Below, in pieces: positions 23,285-33,140 of a DNA stretch of 64,000 nucleotides. Position 1 is the first letter of the stretch. Every line of letters starts with the position of its first letter. The position numbers were made by a program, and so were the translations under genes. The notes under the pieces are model-generated. The model was not told the DNA's origin. It saw only the letters and a program-made list of their open reading frames with translations, and searched no databases. Source of the DNA: Nocardioidaceae bacterium (lineage in GTDB: Bacteria > Actinomycetota > Actinomycetes > Propionibacteriales > Nocardioidaceae); NCBI GenBank assembly GCA_035706365.1, contig DASSVD010000236.1, positions 1,526-65,525 of the forward strand. The letters are read 5' to 3'.

Positions 23285-24291
23285 CAGCTGCTCTCGCGGA
23301 CGACCAGCCCGTGCGGCACGACCACGTCGCGGCCCGGCAGCGTCCGGTCGACCATCCGCTCGGCCAGGCAGTCCAGTGCCCGGGCGGCGAGGGCGTCCTT
23401 GTCCGGCGCGATCGTGGTCAGCCGGGGCACCGAGTAGGCCCCGTCCTCGATCCCGTCGAACCCCACCACGGCGACGTCGTCGGGGACGCGCAGCCCCTGG
23501 TCAGCGAGGACGCGCATCGCCCCCAGCGCGAGTTGGTCGGTGAAGCAGAACAGCGCGTCGACCGCGAGGCCCGGAGTCAGCATCCGGCGTACCGCCTCAG
23601 CCCCGTCAGCGCGGTGGAGCCGTTGAACAGCCACCTCCAAGGCAGGATCCGCCGGCAGCCCGGCCGCGGCCAACGCACGACGGTGGCCTTCCTGGCGCTG
23701 GACCGCCGTCTGGTTGGACAGGTGCGGCTGCAGCCCGATGGCGGCGATCCGGCGCCGCCCGCGCCGCAGCAGGTGGCCGGTCGCGGCCTCCGCCGCCGCG
23801 ACGTTGTCGACGGCGACGTGGTCGACCACCCCGAGCGCCGAGCGCTCCCCCAGCATCACCACCGGAGGCGCCGAGCTGGAGCGGGACAGCTCCTGGGGAG
23901 ACATCGCCCACGGACTGAACACCACCCCGTCCACGTCCTGGCCGTACCGGCCCTCCAGCATCTGACGCTCGCGGTCGGGATTCCCGTCGGTCTGCTCGAT
24001 CCGGAGCAGCCAGCCGCGCGCCTCGGCGGCGCGGACGAACCGCGCGGCCAGCTCGCTGAAGTAGGGCGAGTCCACCTCGGGCACCACCAGGCTGACCACG
24101 TCGCGCCGCCCGCTCCGCAGCTGCCGTGCGGCCAGGTTCGGCCGGTAGCCGAGCTCGTCGATGGCGCGCTGCACCCTGGCCCGCGTGGGCGCCGCGACGT
24201 ACGGGGCGTCGTTGACCACGTTGGACACCGTGCGCATCGACACGCCGGCACGCGCCGCCACGTCGCGCAGGTTGGGGCCTCGTCGCACCAC
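23284..24291 (-). CDS. LacI family regulator
   Basis: NLRDVAARAGVSMRTVSNVVN and LGYRPNLAARQL motifs. GAGGAGG RBS before GTG 24291. Confidence 0.93.
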   Translation of the reverse strand: MVRRGPNLRDVAARAGVSMRTVSNVVNDAPYVAAPTRARVQRAIDELGYRPNLAARQLRSGRRDVVSLVVPEVDSPYFSELAARFVRAAEARGWLLRIEQTDGNPDRERQMLEGRYGQDVDGVVFSPWAMSPQELSRSSSAPPVVMLGERSALGVVDHVAVDNVAAAEAATGHLLRRGRRRIAAIGLQPHLSNQTAVQRQEGHRRALAAAGLPADPALEVAVQRLHRADGAEAVRRMLTPGLAVDALFCFTDQLALGAMRVLADQGLRVPDDVAVVGFDGIEDGAYSVPRLTTIAPDKDALAARALDCLAERMVDRTLPGRDVVVPHGLVVRESS

Positions 24292-24344
24292 GTCCTCCTC
24301 CTCGCCACGTCTCAACGCTGGACCGGAATCTCCGTCTACCCTAT

Positions 24345-24370
24345 TGCAACGTTGCATTGCAACGTTGCAA
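24345..24370. promoter_or_regulatory. Two abutting palindromic LacI-type operators
   Basis: TGCAACGTTGCA (24345-24356) and TTGCAACGTTGCAA (24357-24370), both perfect palindromes with central CG. Confidence 0.8.
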
Positions 24371-24412
24371 GATGGGGTGTCCGCGACATCGAGGTATCGA
24401 GGAGAGGCCCAG

Positions 24413-25291
24413 ATGAGCTCCACCACGTCCACCGACCACCCCGCCACCGGCAATCCCGCCTACGGCCCCGGCGCCGCCGGGATCGACGAGGCGCTGATCC
24501 AGGAGTCGCTCTACGGCGACGGCATCATCGGGCAGAAGCAGGCCTTCACCCGCGACTGGGTGCGCGAGCTCGGCGAGGACGTGGACGCGGCGTTCACCGA
24601 GGCTCGGACCCGTGAGGGCGGCGCGGTCGGCCGCGGCCCGCAGCGGTGGTACGTCGAGATCCACCCACAGGCGCTGCGCGGCTTCGTCGACCTGGTCGAC
24701 CACCCGTGGGTCCGCGCGGTCTCCGAGAGCGTCCTGGGGCCGGACTACACCATCGTCGAGGTCGGCTTCGACATCCCGTTCGCCGGCGCGGTCAACCAGC
24801 CCTGGCACCGCGACTTCCCCAGCCCGCGGGAGACGCTCGAGGAGCGCCGGCTGACCTCGCTGGCGTTCAACGTCACCTGCGTCGACACCGAGGATGACAT
24901 GGGGCCCTTCGAGATCGCGCCGGGGACGCAGTTCGACTCCGGCGAGACCTTCGAGCACGAGATGTTCCCCCCGCGCTCGGAGTACCCGCGCTACGAGTCG
25001 CTGGCCGTGCGCAAGTACCCGCAGATGGGCGACATCTCGGCGCGCTCGGCGCTGACCATCCACCGCGGCACGAAGAACCACTCGCAGAAAGCCCGTCCGG
25101 TCCTGGTGCTCGGCATGGACGCCCCGGGCGCCGGCAACGCGGAGCACCACGACCTGGCCGTCACCCAGGACTACTGGGAAGCCCTTCCGGAGCGGGTACG
25201 CCGCCACCTGGCCTGCCCGGTCGTGGACGAGCTGACCCCGATCACCCAGAAGCACACCATCGAGGGCCTGGTGATGGGCGAGGCCGAGTAG
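24413..25291 (+). CDS. PhyH-family Fe(II)/2-oxoglutarate dioxygenase
   Basis: QPWHRDF (HxD) and IHRGTKN (distal His). GAGGAGAGG RBS before ATG 24413. Confidence 0.85.
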   Translation: MSSTTSTDHPATGNPAYGPGAAGIDEALIQESLYGDGIIGQKQAFTRDWVRELGEDVDAAFTEARTREGGAVGRGPQRWYVEIHPQALRGFVDLVDHPWVRAVSESVLGPDYTIVEVGFDIPFAGAVNQPWHRDFPSPRETLEERRLTSLAFNVTCVDTEDDMGPFEIAPGTQFDSGETFEHEMFPPRSEYPRYESLAVRKYPQMGDISARSALTIHRGTKNHSQKARPVLVLGMDAPGAGNAEHHDLAVTQDYWEALPERVRRHLACPVVDELTPITQKHTIEGLVMGEAE

Positions 25292-25321
25292 GGCCCGGCC
25301 CCGCGCTCCCGGCGGTCCTGG

Positions 25322-25342
25322 GACCCGAGCAGCTCTCGGGTC
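25322..25342. terminator. Hairpin between convergent genes
   Basis: GACCCGAG-CAGCT-CTCGGGTC, perfect 8-bp stem. Confidence 0.55.
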
Positions 25343-26368
25343 TCAGGACCGTTCGACGCGCGTGAGGTAGCGCTGCACGGTGACCACGACCAGCAGGATC
25401 GTGCCGCTGACCACGGCCTGCCAGTCGGAGTCGAGCGACCCCACCTGGTTGATCACGTTCTTGATCACCTGCAGCAGCAGGACTCCGACCAGGGTGCCGA
25501 GGATGGTGCCCGCTCCCCCGGTCAGCAGGGTGCCTCCGAGCACCACGGCGGCGATCGCGTCCAGCTCCATGCCCACGCCGAGGATGGTGACGCCGGACGC
25601 CGTGTAGGAGGCGATCATCGCGCCACCGAAGCCGGCCAGCACCGCGCTCAGCACGTAGGTGACCACCTTGGTGCGCTGCACGGGCAGACCCATCAGGTCC
25701 GCGGCGTCCTCCTGCCCGCCGATCGCCAGGACGGTGGAGCCGTACGACGTGCGGTGCAGCACCAGGCCTGCGATGAGGAAGAGCACCAGCACGATCCACA
25801 CCGGGTACTTGATCCCGAGCAGCTCGCCTCGGGCCAGCTCGAGGAAGCCCGACCCTTGGGGCACCTTGTAGGTGGTGGACCCCTCGTTGCTGATCAGCAG
25901 CAGCAGGCCGCGCGCGAACAACAGGCCGGCCAGGGTCACGATGAAGGCGGGCAACCCGGCCCGCGCGACCAGCAGACCCTGCACCAGCCCGATCAGCCCG
26001 CAGATCACCAAGGGCAGGAGGAGCGCGGCGAGGGCGCCGTACTGCGAGCCCCAGGCCGCCAGCACCCCGCCGAGCGCGAACACGGAGCCGACCGACAGGT
26101 CGATGCCCCCGGTCATGATCACGAACGTCATGCCCAGCGAGACCACTGCCAGGAACGATGACTGCATCGCGATGCCGGTCAGGTTCCCTCGCGAGCCGAA
26201 GGTGTCGAAGGCCAGGCTGGCGATCAGCATGACGGCCACGAGGATCACCAGCGCGCCCTGGCGCTGCACCACGCGGGCCACACGCGCCCCGGTCGGTGAA
26301 CCGGACCCGGACACGGCGCCGTCGACCGTGCCCGCCGTCGTTGCAGGAGGGGTGCTCGTCATGGTCAT
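25343..26368 (-). CDS. Sugar ABC transporter permease (YjfF-like)
   Basis: TGGIDLSVGS, ELDAIAAVVLGGT. ATG 26368 overlaps the upstream TGA. Confidence 0.9.
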   Translation of the reverse strand: MTMTSTPPATTAGTVDGAVSGSGSPTGARVARVVQRQGALVILVAVMLIASLAFDTFGSRGNLTGIAMQSSFLAVVSLGMTFVIMTGGIDLSVGSVFALGGVLAAWGSQYGALAALLLPLVICGLIGLVQGLLVARAGLPAFIVTLAGLLFARGLLLLISNEGSTTYKVPQGSGFLELARGELLGIKYPVWIVLVLFLIAGLVLHRTSYGSTVLAIGGQEDAADLMGLPVQRTKVVTYVLSAVLAGFGGAMIASYTASGVTILGVGMELDAIAAVVLGGTLLTGGAGTILGTLVGVLLLQVIKNVINQVGSLDSDWQAVVSGTILLVVVTVQRYLTRVERS

Positions 26369-27378
26369 GCCTTCCTTCGGCCGAGCTGGACGTAGACGGC
26401 GCCGACCACGATCACGGCCTGGGTGATCTGTGCGGTGGAGTCGGGGATGTTGTGGAAGATCAACGTCGCGGTGATCAGCTGCATCAGCAGGGCTCCGGCC
26501 ACGGTGCCGACGATCCGCACCTGGCCGCCGGACAGCGGCGTACCGCCCACCACGACCGCGGTGATCGCCGACAGCTCCATCAGCAGGCCGAGCTTCGTGG
26601 GGTCGCTGGCCTGGGACCGGGCCGCCAGGAGCACCCCGGCCAGCGCGGCCAGCAGGCCGCAGATGACGTACGTGGTCACCAGCACCCGTCGTACCGGGAG
26701 GCCGGAGAGCCGAGCGGCACGCACGTTGCCGCCGATCGCCACCAGCTGCCGGCCGTACGTCGACCGCTTCACCAGGAACCAGGTCACCAGCGCCACGGCC
26801 GCCGCGATGAGGACCACGTACGGGACGCCCACGACGCTGCCGGTGCCCAGGGCGACGATGCCCGGCTCGCGGATGCTCTTGATCTCGCCACCCATGAGGT
26901 TCGCCACCCCGCGGCCGGCGACCATCAGGCCGAGCGTGGCCACGATCGGCTGCACGCCTACCCGCGCCACCAGCACGCCGGCGATCACGCCGCTGACCAG
27001 TCCGGCCACCAGCCCCATCGCGACCGCGGCGACTGCGCCGTAGCCGACGTAGAGCGGGATCAGGGCCGCCGCCAGTGCCATCACCGCACCCACGGACAGG
27101 TCGATCCCCTCCGTGCCGATCACCAGCGCCATGCCCAGCGCCACGACCACGACGGGGACGACCTGGACCAGCTGGAGCCGCAGGGTCCCCTCGCTGACGA
27201 AGTTGTCGGTGAACGCGACGTTCAGCACGACCAGGACCGCGAGTGCGACGTACACCCCGTTGCGACGGACCCACTCGCTGTCGACCCGGCGGCGCCGGGG
27301 CGGGAGGCTCTCCTGACCGGACCCCCCAGCGGTCGACGTGGGGGTCGGAGTCGGGGTCGGGCTGGTGGTCTCGCTCAC
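26365..27378 (-). CDS. Sugar ABC transporter permease (YtfT-like)
   Basis: TEGIDLSVGAV, ELSAITAVVVGGT. Confidence 0.9.
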   Translation of the reverse strand: MSETTSPTPTPTPTSTAGGSGQESLPPRRRRVDSEWVRRNGVYVALAVLVVLNVAFTDNFVSEGTLRLQLVQVVPVVVVALGMALVIGTEGIDLSVGAVMALAAALIPLYVGYGAVAAVAMGLVAGLVSGVIAGVLVARVGVQPIVATLGLMVAGRGVANLMGGEIKSIREPGIVALGTGSVVGVPYVVLIAAAVALVTWFLVKRSTYGRQLVAIGGNVRAARLSGLPVRRVLVTTYVICGLLAALAGVLLAARSQASDPTKLGLLMELSAITAVVVGGTPLSGGQVRIVGTVAGALLMQLITATLIFHNIPDSTAQITQAVIVVGAVYVQLGRRKA

Positions 27379-28922
27379 GATGCCGCCTCCTCGATGTCGT
27401 CGCCGGCCAGCGCCTGCAGCAGGGACGCACTGGTCACCTGGTCCCCGGCGAGCTCACGGGCCACCGAGCCGTCGTGGAGCACCACGATGCGGTCCGCGCC
27501 CTCCACGAGCTCCTCGATCTCGCTCGAGATCAGCACCACGCCGAGCCCCTGCTGGGCGAGCTCGTCGATGAGGGCCTGCACCTCGGCCTTCGCGCCGACA
27601 TCGATGCCGCGGGTGGGCTCGTCGAGCAGGAAGACGGTGGGCTCGGTGCACAGCCAACGCGCGATGAGGACCTTCTGCTGGTTGCCGCCGGAGAGCTCCC
27701 CCACCCGTTGGTGCGGACCGGACGCCTTGATCCGCAGCCGGCGCATGAACGTCGCCACCACCTCGTCCACCCGGGCCTCGGAGACCACGCCACCGCGGGA
27801 GAGCCGGGGGAGCACCGCCAGGGCGATGTTGTCGCGCACCGACAGGTCGGGCACGATGCCCTCGGCCTTGCGGTCCTCGGAGAGCAGGGCGACGCCGTTG
27901 CGCAGCGCGTCAGGGACGGAGTTCGACTTCAGCCGCTTGCCGCCCACGCGCACCTGCCCACCGCGCGTGTGCAGGGCGCCGTAGATCGCCTTGACCGTCT
28001 CGCTGCGGCCGGAGCCGCGCAGGCCGCCCAGCCCGACGATCTCGCCGGGAGCCACCGAGAGGTCCACGTCGTGCAGACGGTGCTGGGCGTTGATCCCCTC
28101 GGCGACGAGGACCGGCTCGCGCTCGCGTGCATGGGAGTCCCCGAACTTCGTCGCGCCGGATCGCTCGACCTCGCCGACGTCGCGGCCGAGCATGTGCGAG
28201 ACCAGCGAGACCCGGTCCAGGTTCGCCATGGTCCCGGAGTGCACCCGCTCGCCGTCGCGCAGGATGGTGACCCGGTCGCACAGCTCCCACAGCTCGTCGA
28301 GTCGGTGCGACACGAAGACCAGGCCGACGCCTTGGTCGCGCAGTCCGCGGGCCACGCCGAAGAGGGTGTCGACCTCCTTGCGCTCCAGCGAGGAGGTGGG
28401 TTCGTCCATGATCACCACCCGGCTGTCCACCGACATCGCGCGCGCCAGGGCGACCATCTGCTGGGCCCCCAGGCCCAGCCGTCCGAGCTCCGCGGTGACG
28501 TCGATGGGTACGCCGAGACGGCCGAGCAGCTCGTGGGCGTCACGGTTCATCCGCTTGACGTCGATCAGACCGATCCGGTTGCGCGGCTCGCGTCCCAGGA
28601 AGATGTTGCGGGCCACCGACAGCAGCGGGACCAGGTTCACCTCCTGGTAGATCGTGGAGATGCCGGCGTCCTGGGCGTCCGACGGGCGTCGGAAGTGAAC
28701 CGGCTCGCCGGCGAAGCGCACCTCGCCGGCGTCGGGGGTGTAGACCCCGGTCAACACCTTGATCAGGGTCGACTTCCCAGCGCCGTTCTCCCCCACCAGC
28801 GTGTGGATCTCCCCGGGTTCCAGCGAGAAGTCCACGCCGGACAGGGCGTGCACTCCCCCGAAGGACTTGGTGACTGCCACCGTCTCGAGGACGGGGCTGC
28901 CCGTGGGCGGGTTCGCGCTCAT
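27375..28922 (-). CDS. Sugar ABC transporter ATP-binding protein, two NBDs (YtfR-like)
   Basis: GENGAGKST, DEPTSSL, LSGGNQQKV and DEPTRGIDVGAK motifs. Confidence 0.94.
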   Translation of the reverse strand: MSANPPTGSPVLETVAVTKSFGGVHALSGVDFSLEPGEIHTLVGENGAGKSTLIKVLTGVYTPDAGEVRFAGEPVHFRRPSDAQDAGISTIYQEVNLVPLLSVARNIFLGREPRNRIGLIDVKRMNRDAHELLGRLGVPIDVTAELGRLGLGAQQMVALARAMSVDSRVVIMDEPTSSLERKEVDTLFGVARGLRDQGVGLVFVSHRLDELWELCDRVTILRDGERVHSGTMANLDRVSLVSHMLGRDVGEVERSGATKFGDSHAREREPVLVAEGINAQHRLHDVDLSVAPGEIVGLGGLRGSGRSETVKAIYGALHTRGGQVRVGGKRLKSNSVPDALRNGVALLSEDRKAEGIVPDLSVRDNIALAVLPRLSRGGVVSEARVDEVVATFMRRLRIKASGPHQRVGELSGGNQQKVLIARWLCTEPTVFLLDEPTRGIDVGAKAEVQALIDELAQQGLGVVLISSEIEELVEGADRIVVLHDGSVARELAGDQVTSASLLQALAGDDIEEAAS

Positions 28923-28956
28923 CTCGGTACTCCTTGGCCGGGCTGGCCCGAACGTA

Positions 28957-28992
28957 CCGGTGCGGCGGGCGCTGGGCGCTCCGCCGCACCGG
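28957..28992. terminator. Stem-loop downstream of the substrate-binding protein gene (mRNA stabiliser or attenuator)
   Basis: CCGGTGCGGCGG...CCGCCGCACCGG, perfect 12-bp inverted repeat. Confidence 0.6.
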
Positions 28993-29006
28993 AGGGACTG
29001 GCAGCG

Positions 29007-30095
29007 TCAGAACGCGTTGTCGAGGTTCTCCTCGGCGTTCTCGCTGTTGTACTCGTCATCGGCGATGATCACGTCCTCGGGGATCGGCTCACCGTCGTAG
29101 AACTTCTGGGCGGTCTCGAAGGCGAGCGGCCCGAATCGGGGGTTGGACTCGATCACCGCGTTGATATCACCGTCGACGATCGCCTGCACCGCGTTGCGGG
29201 TGCCGTCCACGGAGACGATCTTCACGTCCTGACCGGGATCCTTGCCCGCGGCGCGGACCGCGGTCACGGCACCGAGCGCCATCTCGTCGTTGTGGGCGTA
29301 GATCGCGCTGATGTCCGGGTTGGACTGCAGCAGCTGCTCGGTGACCGCCTGGCCCTCGTCGCGGGCGAAGTTCGCGGTCTGCTCCGCCACGATCTCGAGG
29401 TCCGGGTACTCCGCCTTCACCTGGTCCTTGAACCCGGCGTTGCGGTCCTCGGTCACGTTGTTGCCCGAGGAGCCCAGCAGGATCGCCACCTTGCCCGACC
29501 CACCGGTCGCCTCGGCCATGGCGTCGGCCGCGCGCTTGCCCTGCTCGTAGAAGTCCGAGCCGAGGAAGGCGATGTAGTCCTCGCAGGGCTCGTTGGTCAC
29601 CTTGCGGTCGATCGTGAGGACCGGGACGCCCTTCTCCTTGGCCGCGTTCAGCGCCGGGTCCAGCCCGTCGGAGTTGACCGGCGCGACGATCAGGAACTGA
29701 ACGCCCTGGTTGAGCATGTTCTGGATGTCGGCGATCTGCTTGGGCAGCTGGGCGTTCGCGTTGGTCACGATCAGCTTCTTGACGCCCACCTCCTTGGCAG
29801 CCGCCTTGATCGAGGCGGTCTCGGCCGCCCGGAAGGCAGCGGTGTCCGGCTCGGACTGGGAGAAGCCGACGACGGCGTTGCCCAGGTCGATCTTCTCGGC
29901 GCCGTACTCCTCGAGCGTGCATCCGTCGCCGCTGCCGCTGGTCTCCTTGACCACCTGCTCGTCGCCGGCGTCGTTGCCCGCGGCGGCCGCGGTCGTGTCC
30001 GACTCACCCGTGTTGGTGCATCCGGCGAGCGCGAGGCTCGCCACACCCGCCACGGCGAGGGCCCGCCAGGGGGAGAAACGTCTGCTGCCTGTCAT
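29007..30095 (-). CDS. Sugar ABC substrate-binding lipoprotein (YtfQ-like)
   Basis: Lipobox LAGC; VGFSQSE...FRAAET resembles YtfQ VGFSQ...WRAAET. AAGGAG RBS before ATG 30095. Confidence 0.88.
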   Translation of the reverse strand: MTGSRRFSPWRALAVAGVASLALAGCTNTGESDTTAAAAGNDAGDEQVVKETSGSGDGCTLEEYGAEKIDLGNAVVGFSQSEPDTAAFRAAETASIKAAAKEVGVKKLIVTNANAQLPKQIADIQNMLNQGVQFLIVAPVNSDGLDPALNAAKEKGVPVLTIDRKVTNEPCEDYIAFLGSDFYEQGKRAADAMAEATGGSGKVAILLGSSGNNVTEDRNAGFKDQVKAEYPDLEIVAEQTANFARDEGQAVTEQLLQSNPDISAIYAHNDEMALGAVTAVRAAGKDPGQDVKIVSVDGTRNAVQAIVDGDINAVIESNPRFGPLAFETAQKFYDGEPIPEDVIIADDEYNSENAEENLDNAF

Positions 30096-30292
30096 CCACA
30101 CTCCTTGGTCACGCCGGCTGACCGGCACGGTGAGAGGTGCGTCACAACACCTGACCTCAACTAAACAACAACGCACACACAAGCGCAAGAAACAACCCGA
30201 GATGGATTCACAACGAACAGGACACGACGGGCGGCCCGGCACCAGCCGGACCGCCCGCCGCGGCACTCTCCTCGCGCGTGGGTCACCGATGA

Positions 30293-32872
30293 CTACTGGG
30301 CGACCTGCCGAACCTCCTCTGCCGACAGGGCCCGGTCGTAGACCCGCACGTCGTCCACGTCCCCGCGCAGGTAGTCGACCTTGTTGCCGCCGAACTCCGC
30401 GCGCCCGATCACGGTGTGACCGTCGCTGGCGCCGGCCGTGCAGGCGTTCTTGGAGTCCTGCTTCTCGCCGTCCACGTAGAGCTCGATCGTTCCGGCCTGC
30501 GCGTCGCGCACGCCGGTGAGGTGGTACCAGCGACCCGGCTCCGGCTTGACGTCGGACAGCGCCCGCAGGCCCACGAAGCTGAAGGCCCACCGCTGGTCGG
30601 CGCCCGAGTACTGCAGGAAGAAGGCGCTGTCGCGTCCGGTGTCCTGACTGACCGCGGTCTGGAACGACGTCCCGGCCTCGTCCAGCTTCACCCACGCCGA
30701 GACGCTGTAGCTCCCGGCGGTGTCCACCAGTCGCGCGCCGGTGTCGGCCTCGCCGTCCCCGGCGAACGAGGCAGCCGTGCCCTCGTGGCCGGGAGCCCAG
30801 GCGACGTTGCGCAGCTGCGCGTCCGCGTCGCCGACCGCGTCGTGCGCGACGTCGCCGCTACCCTCGTCGAACCGGTAGGCGTGCACGCCGTCGAGGCCCG
30901 GTGTGCCGGGGTCCGGCTCGGGTAGGCCGGCGCCGCTGCCGTCGGCGTTCCGGATGATCGACTGGTTCACCGCCCGCACCTGGTCGAAGTCCATCTTCTC
31001 GACCTGGCGGTCGTAGGTGAAGAAGCCGTTGACCTCGTGCTCGACGTCGGTGATCTGGGTGTAGATCGCGCCGCTGATGCCGCAGCGCTGCGCGGCCGTG
31101 AGCACGTCGCGCTGGTTCTCGACGTACCGGCGGGTCAGGGTCGCGGAGTCGGGCTCCATCTCGTAGGCGTGGCCGTCGCCGAACCACATGTGCCCGGGCA
31201 CCTCCAGGCCGAACCCGCCGTGCTCGCCGTCGATGGACACCCGGTCCCCGCTCGGCATCGGCTGGGCGGGGCCGACGTACTGGTGCCAGTCGATGACGTC
31301 ACCGGCACCGGAGTCGCCGTGCGAGTCACAGCAGTTCACGCCGCTGTGCGCGTCGACAAGCCGGCTGGGGTCCTGCGCCTTGACGTCGCCGGCGATGCGG
31401 CCGGTGGCCTCCTTGGACCACTCGCCCCAACCCTCGTTGAACGGGACCCATCCGATGATCGAGGTCCAGTTCTTCTTCTGCTCCACCATCTCGTGCAGCT
31501 CGCGCTCGAACTGTTTGCGGGCCTCCACCGGCGGCTCTCCCCCGGTCCGCATCGCCGGCATGTCCTGCCAGACCAGCAGACCGAGACGGTCGGCGTGGTA
31601 GTACCACCGGGCCGGTTCGACCTTGATGTGCTTGCGCACCGTGTTGAAGCCCAGCCGCTTGTGCTGCTCGAGATCCCAAGCCAACGCCTCGTCGGTGGGT
31701 GCCGTGTAGATGCCGTCGGGCCAGTAGCCCTGGTCCAGAGTGGACATCAAGAAGGTGATCTTGCCGTTGAGCGTGATCCGCAGCTTGCCGTCGGCACCCT
31801 TCTTGGTGCCGATCTCCCGCATCCCGAAGTACGACGACACGCGGTCGATCTTGCGGTGCCCGTCCAGCAGCTCCACCTGCAGGTCGTAGAGGTGCGGCGA
31901 CGAGGGGCTCCACAGCTTCGCGTCCGGCACGGGAACGGTGATCGGCTGGTCGGCCGGACCGACCAGGCGGGTCACCTTCCGGTGGCCGTCCAGCACGGTG
32001 ACCCGGGCCCGCAACGCGTCCCCGTCGCTTCCGGGGGCACTCTCGGTGTCCACGGCGAGCTGCAGGGTGCTCGTGTCCACGTCCGGCGTCATCTCCAGCC
32101 GCGAGACGTGCCGGGACGAGACCGGCTCCATCCATACGGTCTGCCAGATGCCCGAGGCGCTCTCGTAGAAGATCCCGCGGTCCGGCACCCGGCGCTGCTT
32201 GCCGACCGGCTGCCAGGTGGCGTCGGTACGGTCCTCGACACCGACCACGATCTCCTGCGGGCCGGAGGCGGTCAGCGCGTCGGTCACGTCCGCGGTGAAC
32301 GTGCCGTAGCCACCCTGGTGCTCGGCGACCTTCTCGCCGTTCACGTAGACAGTGGCCCGGTAGTCGACGGCCCCGAAGTGGAGCAGCAGCCGGTCGTCGG
32401 ACGAGCCGACGTGCCACTTGCGCGGCACCTCCACCGTGCGGCGGTACCACATGTAGTCCTCGTGGCGCTCGATACCGGACAGCGCCGACTCGATCGGGTA
32501 GGGCACCAGCACCCGCTCGGCCAGGTCCTCGCCGAACGGCGGCTCCTCGCCTGCCGAGGCGCCGGCGAACTGCCACACGCCGTTGAGGTTCTGCCAGTCC
32601 CGGCGGGTGAGCTGCGGCCGCGGGTACTCCGGCAGGGCGTTGTCGGGCGAGACGTCGTCGGTCCACGGCGTGGTCATGCGCAGGTCACCGCGCTGCCACG
32701 TCGTACCGCTGGGGTCCTGGTCGCTGCCTCCCGGCGCCGCCGGCGCCGGGGCCGCGGCACCGCTGAGCAGGACCGTCGAGGCGAGCATGGCCGTCGAGGT
32801 CGCGACCGCCAGCGTGCGGCCGGACCCGCGGATGCGGTCCCGCCCGCGCCGTCGGATGGTGGCTAGGTTCAC
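30293..32872 (-). CDS. Secreted GH2 glycoside hydrolase with C-terminal LamG-like domain
   Basis: WQNLNGVWQF, LHFGAVDY, LDQGYWPDGIYTAP, RKHIKVEP and PFNEGWG motifs; C-terminal WYHLTGV...DDVRVYDRALS. Start GTG 32872. Confidence 0.9.
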   Translation of the reverse strand: MNLATIRRRGRDRIRGSGRTLAVATSTAMLASTVLLSGAAAPAPAAPGGSDQDPSGTTWQRGDLRMTTPWTDDVSPDNALPEYPRPQLTRRDWQNLNGVWQFAGASAGEEPPFGEDLAERVLVPYPIESALSGIERHEDYMWYRRTVEVPRKWHVGSSDDRLLLHFGAVDYRATVYVNGEKVAEHQGGYGTFTADVTDALTASGPQEIVVGVEDRTDATWQPVGKQRRVPDRGIFYESASGIWQTVWMEPVSSRHVSRLEMTPDVDTSTLQLAVDTESAPGSDGDALRARVTVLDGHRKVTRLVGPADQPITVPVPDAKLWSPSSPHLYDLQVELLDGHRKIDRVSSYFGMREIGTKKGADGKLRITLNGKITFLMSTLDQGYWPDGIYTAPTDEALAWDLEQHKRLGFNTVRKHIKVEPARWYYHADRLGLLVWQDMPAMRTGGEPPVEARKQFERELHEMVEQKKNWTSIIGWVPFNEGWGEWSKEATGRIAGDVKAQDPSRLVDAHSGVNCCDSHGDSGAGDVIDWHQYVGPAQPMPSGDRVSIDGEHGGFGLEVPGHMWFGDGHAYEMEPDSATLTRRYVENQRDVLTAAQRCGISGAIYTQITDVEHEVNGFFTYDRQVEKMDFDQVRAVNQSIIRNADGSGAGLPEPDPGTPGLDGVHAYRFDEGSGDVAHDAVGDADAQLRNVAWAPGHEGTAASFAGDGEADTGARLVDTAGSYSVSAWVKLDEAGTSFQTAVSQDTGRDSAFFLQYSGADQRWAFSFVGLRALSDVKPEPGRWYHLTGVRDAQAGTIELYVDGEKQDSKNACTAGASDGHTVIGRAEFGGNKVDYLRGDVDDVRVYDRALSAEEVRQVAQ

Positions 32873-32990
32873 GGGTCTTCCCCTTCCGAGACACGACGCC
32901 AGCACGGTGCTGGCGTGAGTCGCGCGGGGAGCCGTGCGGTGATGCTCTGCGGTGTGGCTGTGACGCCGGTGTCGCACCCCCCGTGTGACT

Positions 32991-33006
32991 CGTGAGCCAT
33001 CTCACA
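32991..33006. promoter_or_regulatory. CRP/GlxR-like site
   Basis: CGTGA-GCCATC-TCACA, one mismatch to TGTGA-N6-TCACA. Minus-strand TTGACA lies at 33023-33028. Confidence 0.55.
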
Positions 33007-33140
33007 ACCAAAGTAAAGACAATGTCAACATTTCTGCTCAGAAATCGACGGAACTCGACAGCAGTCGCCGACATGTACGAACATGGCTGCGCGCCGATGT
33101 GATCTGGATCATGATCGGGCCGACGAGATGAGAGGACGAG

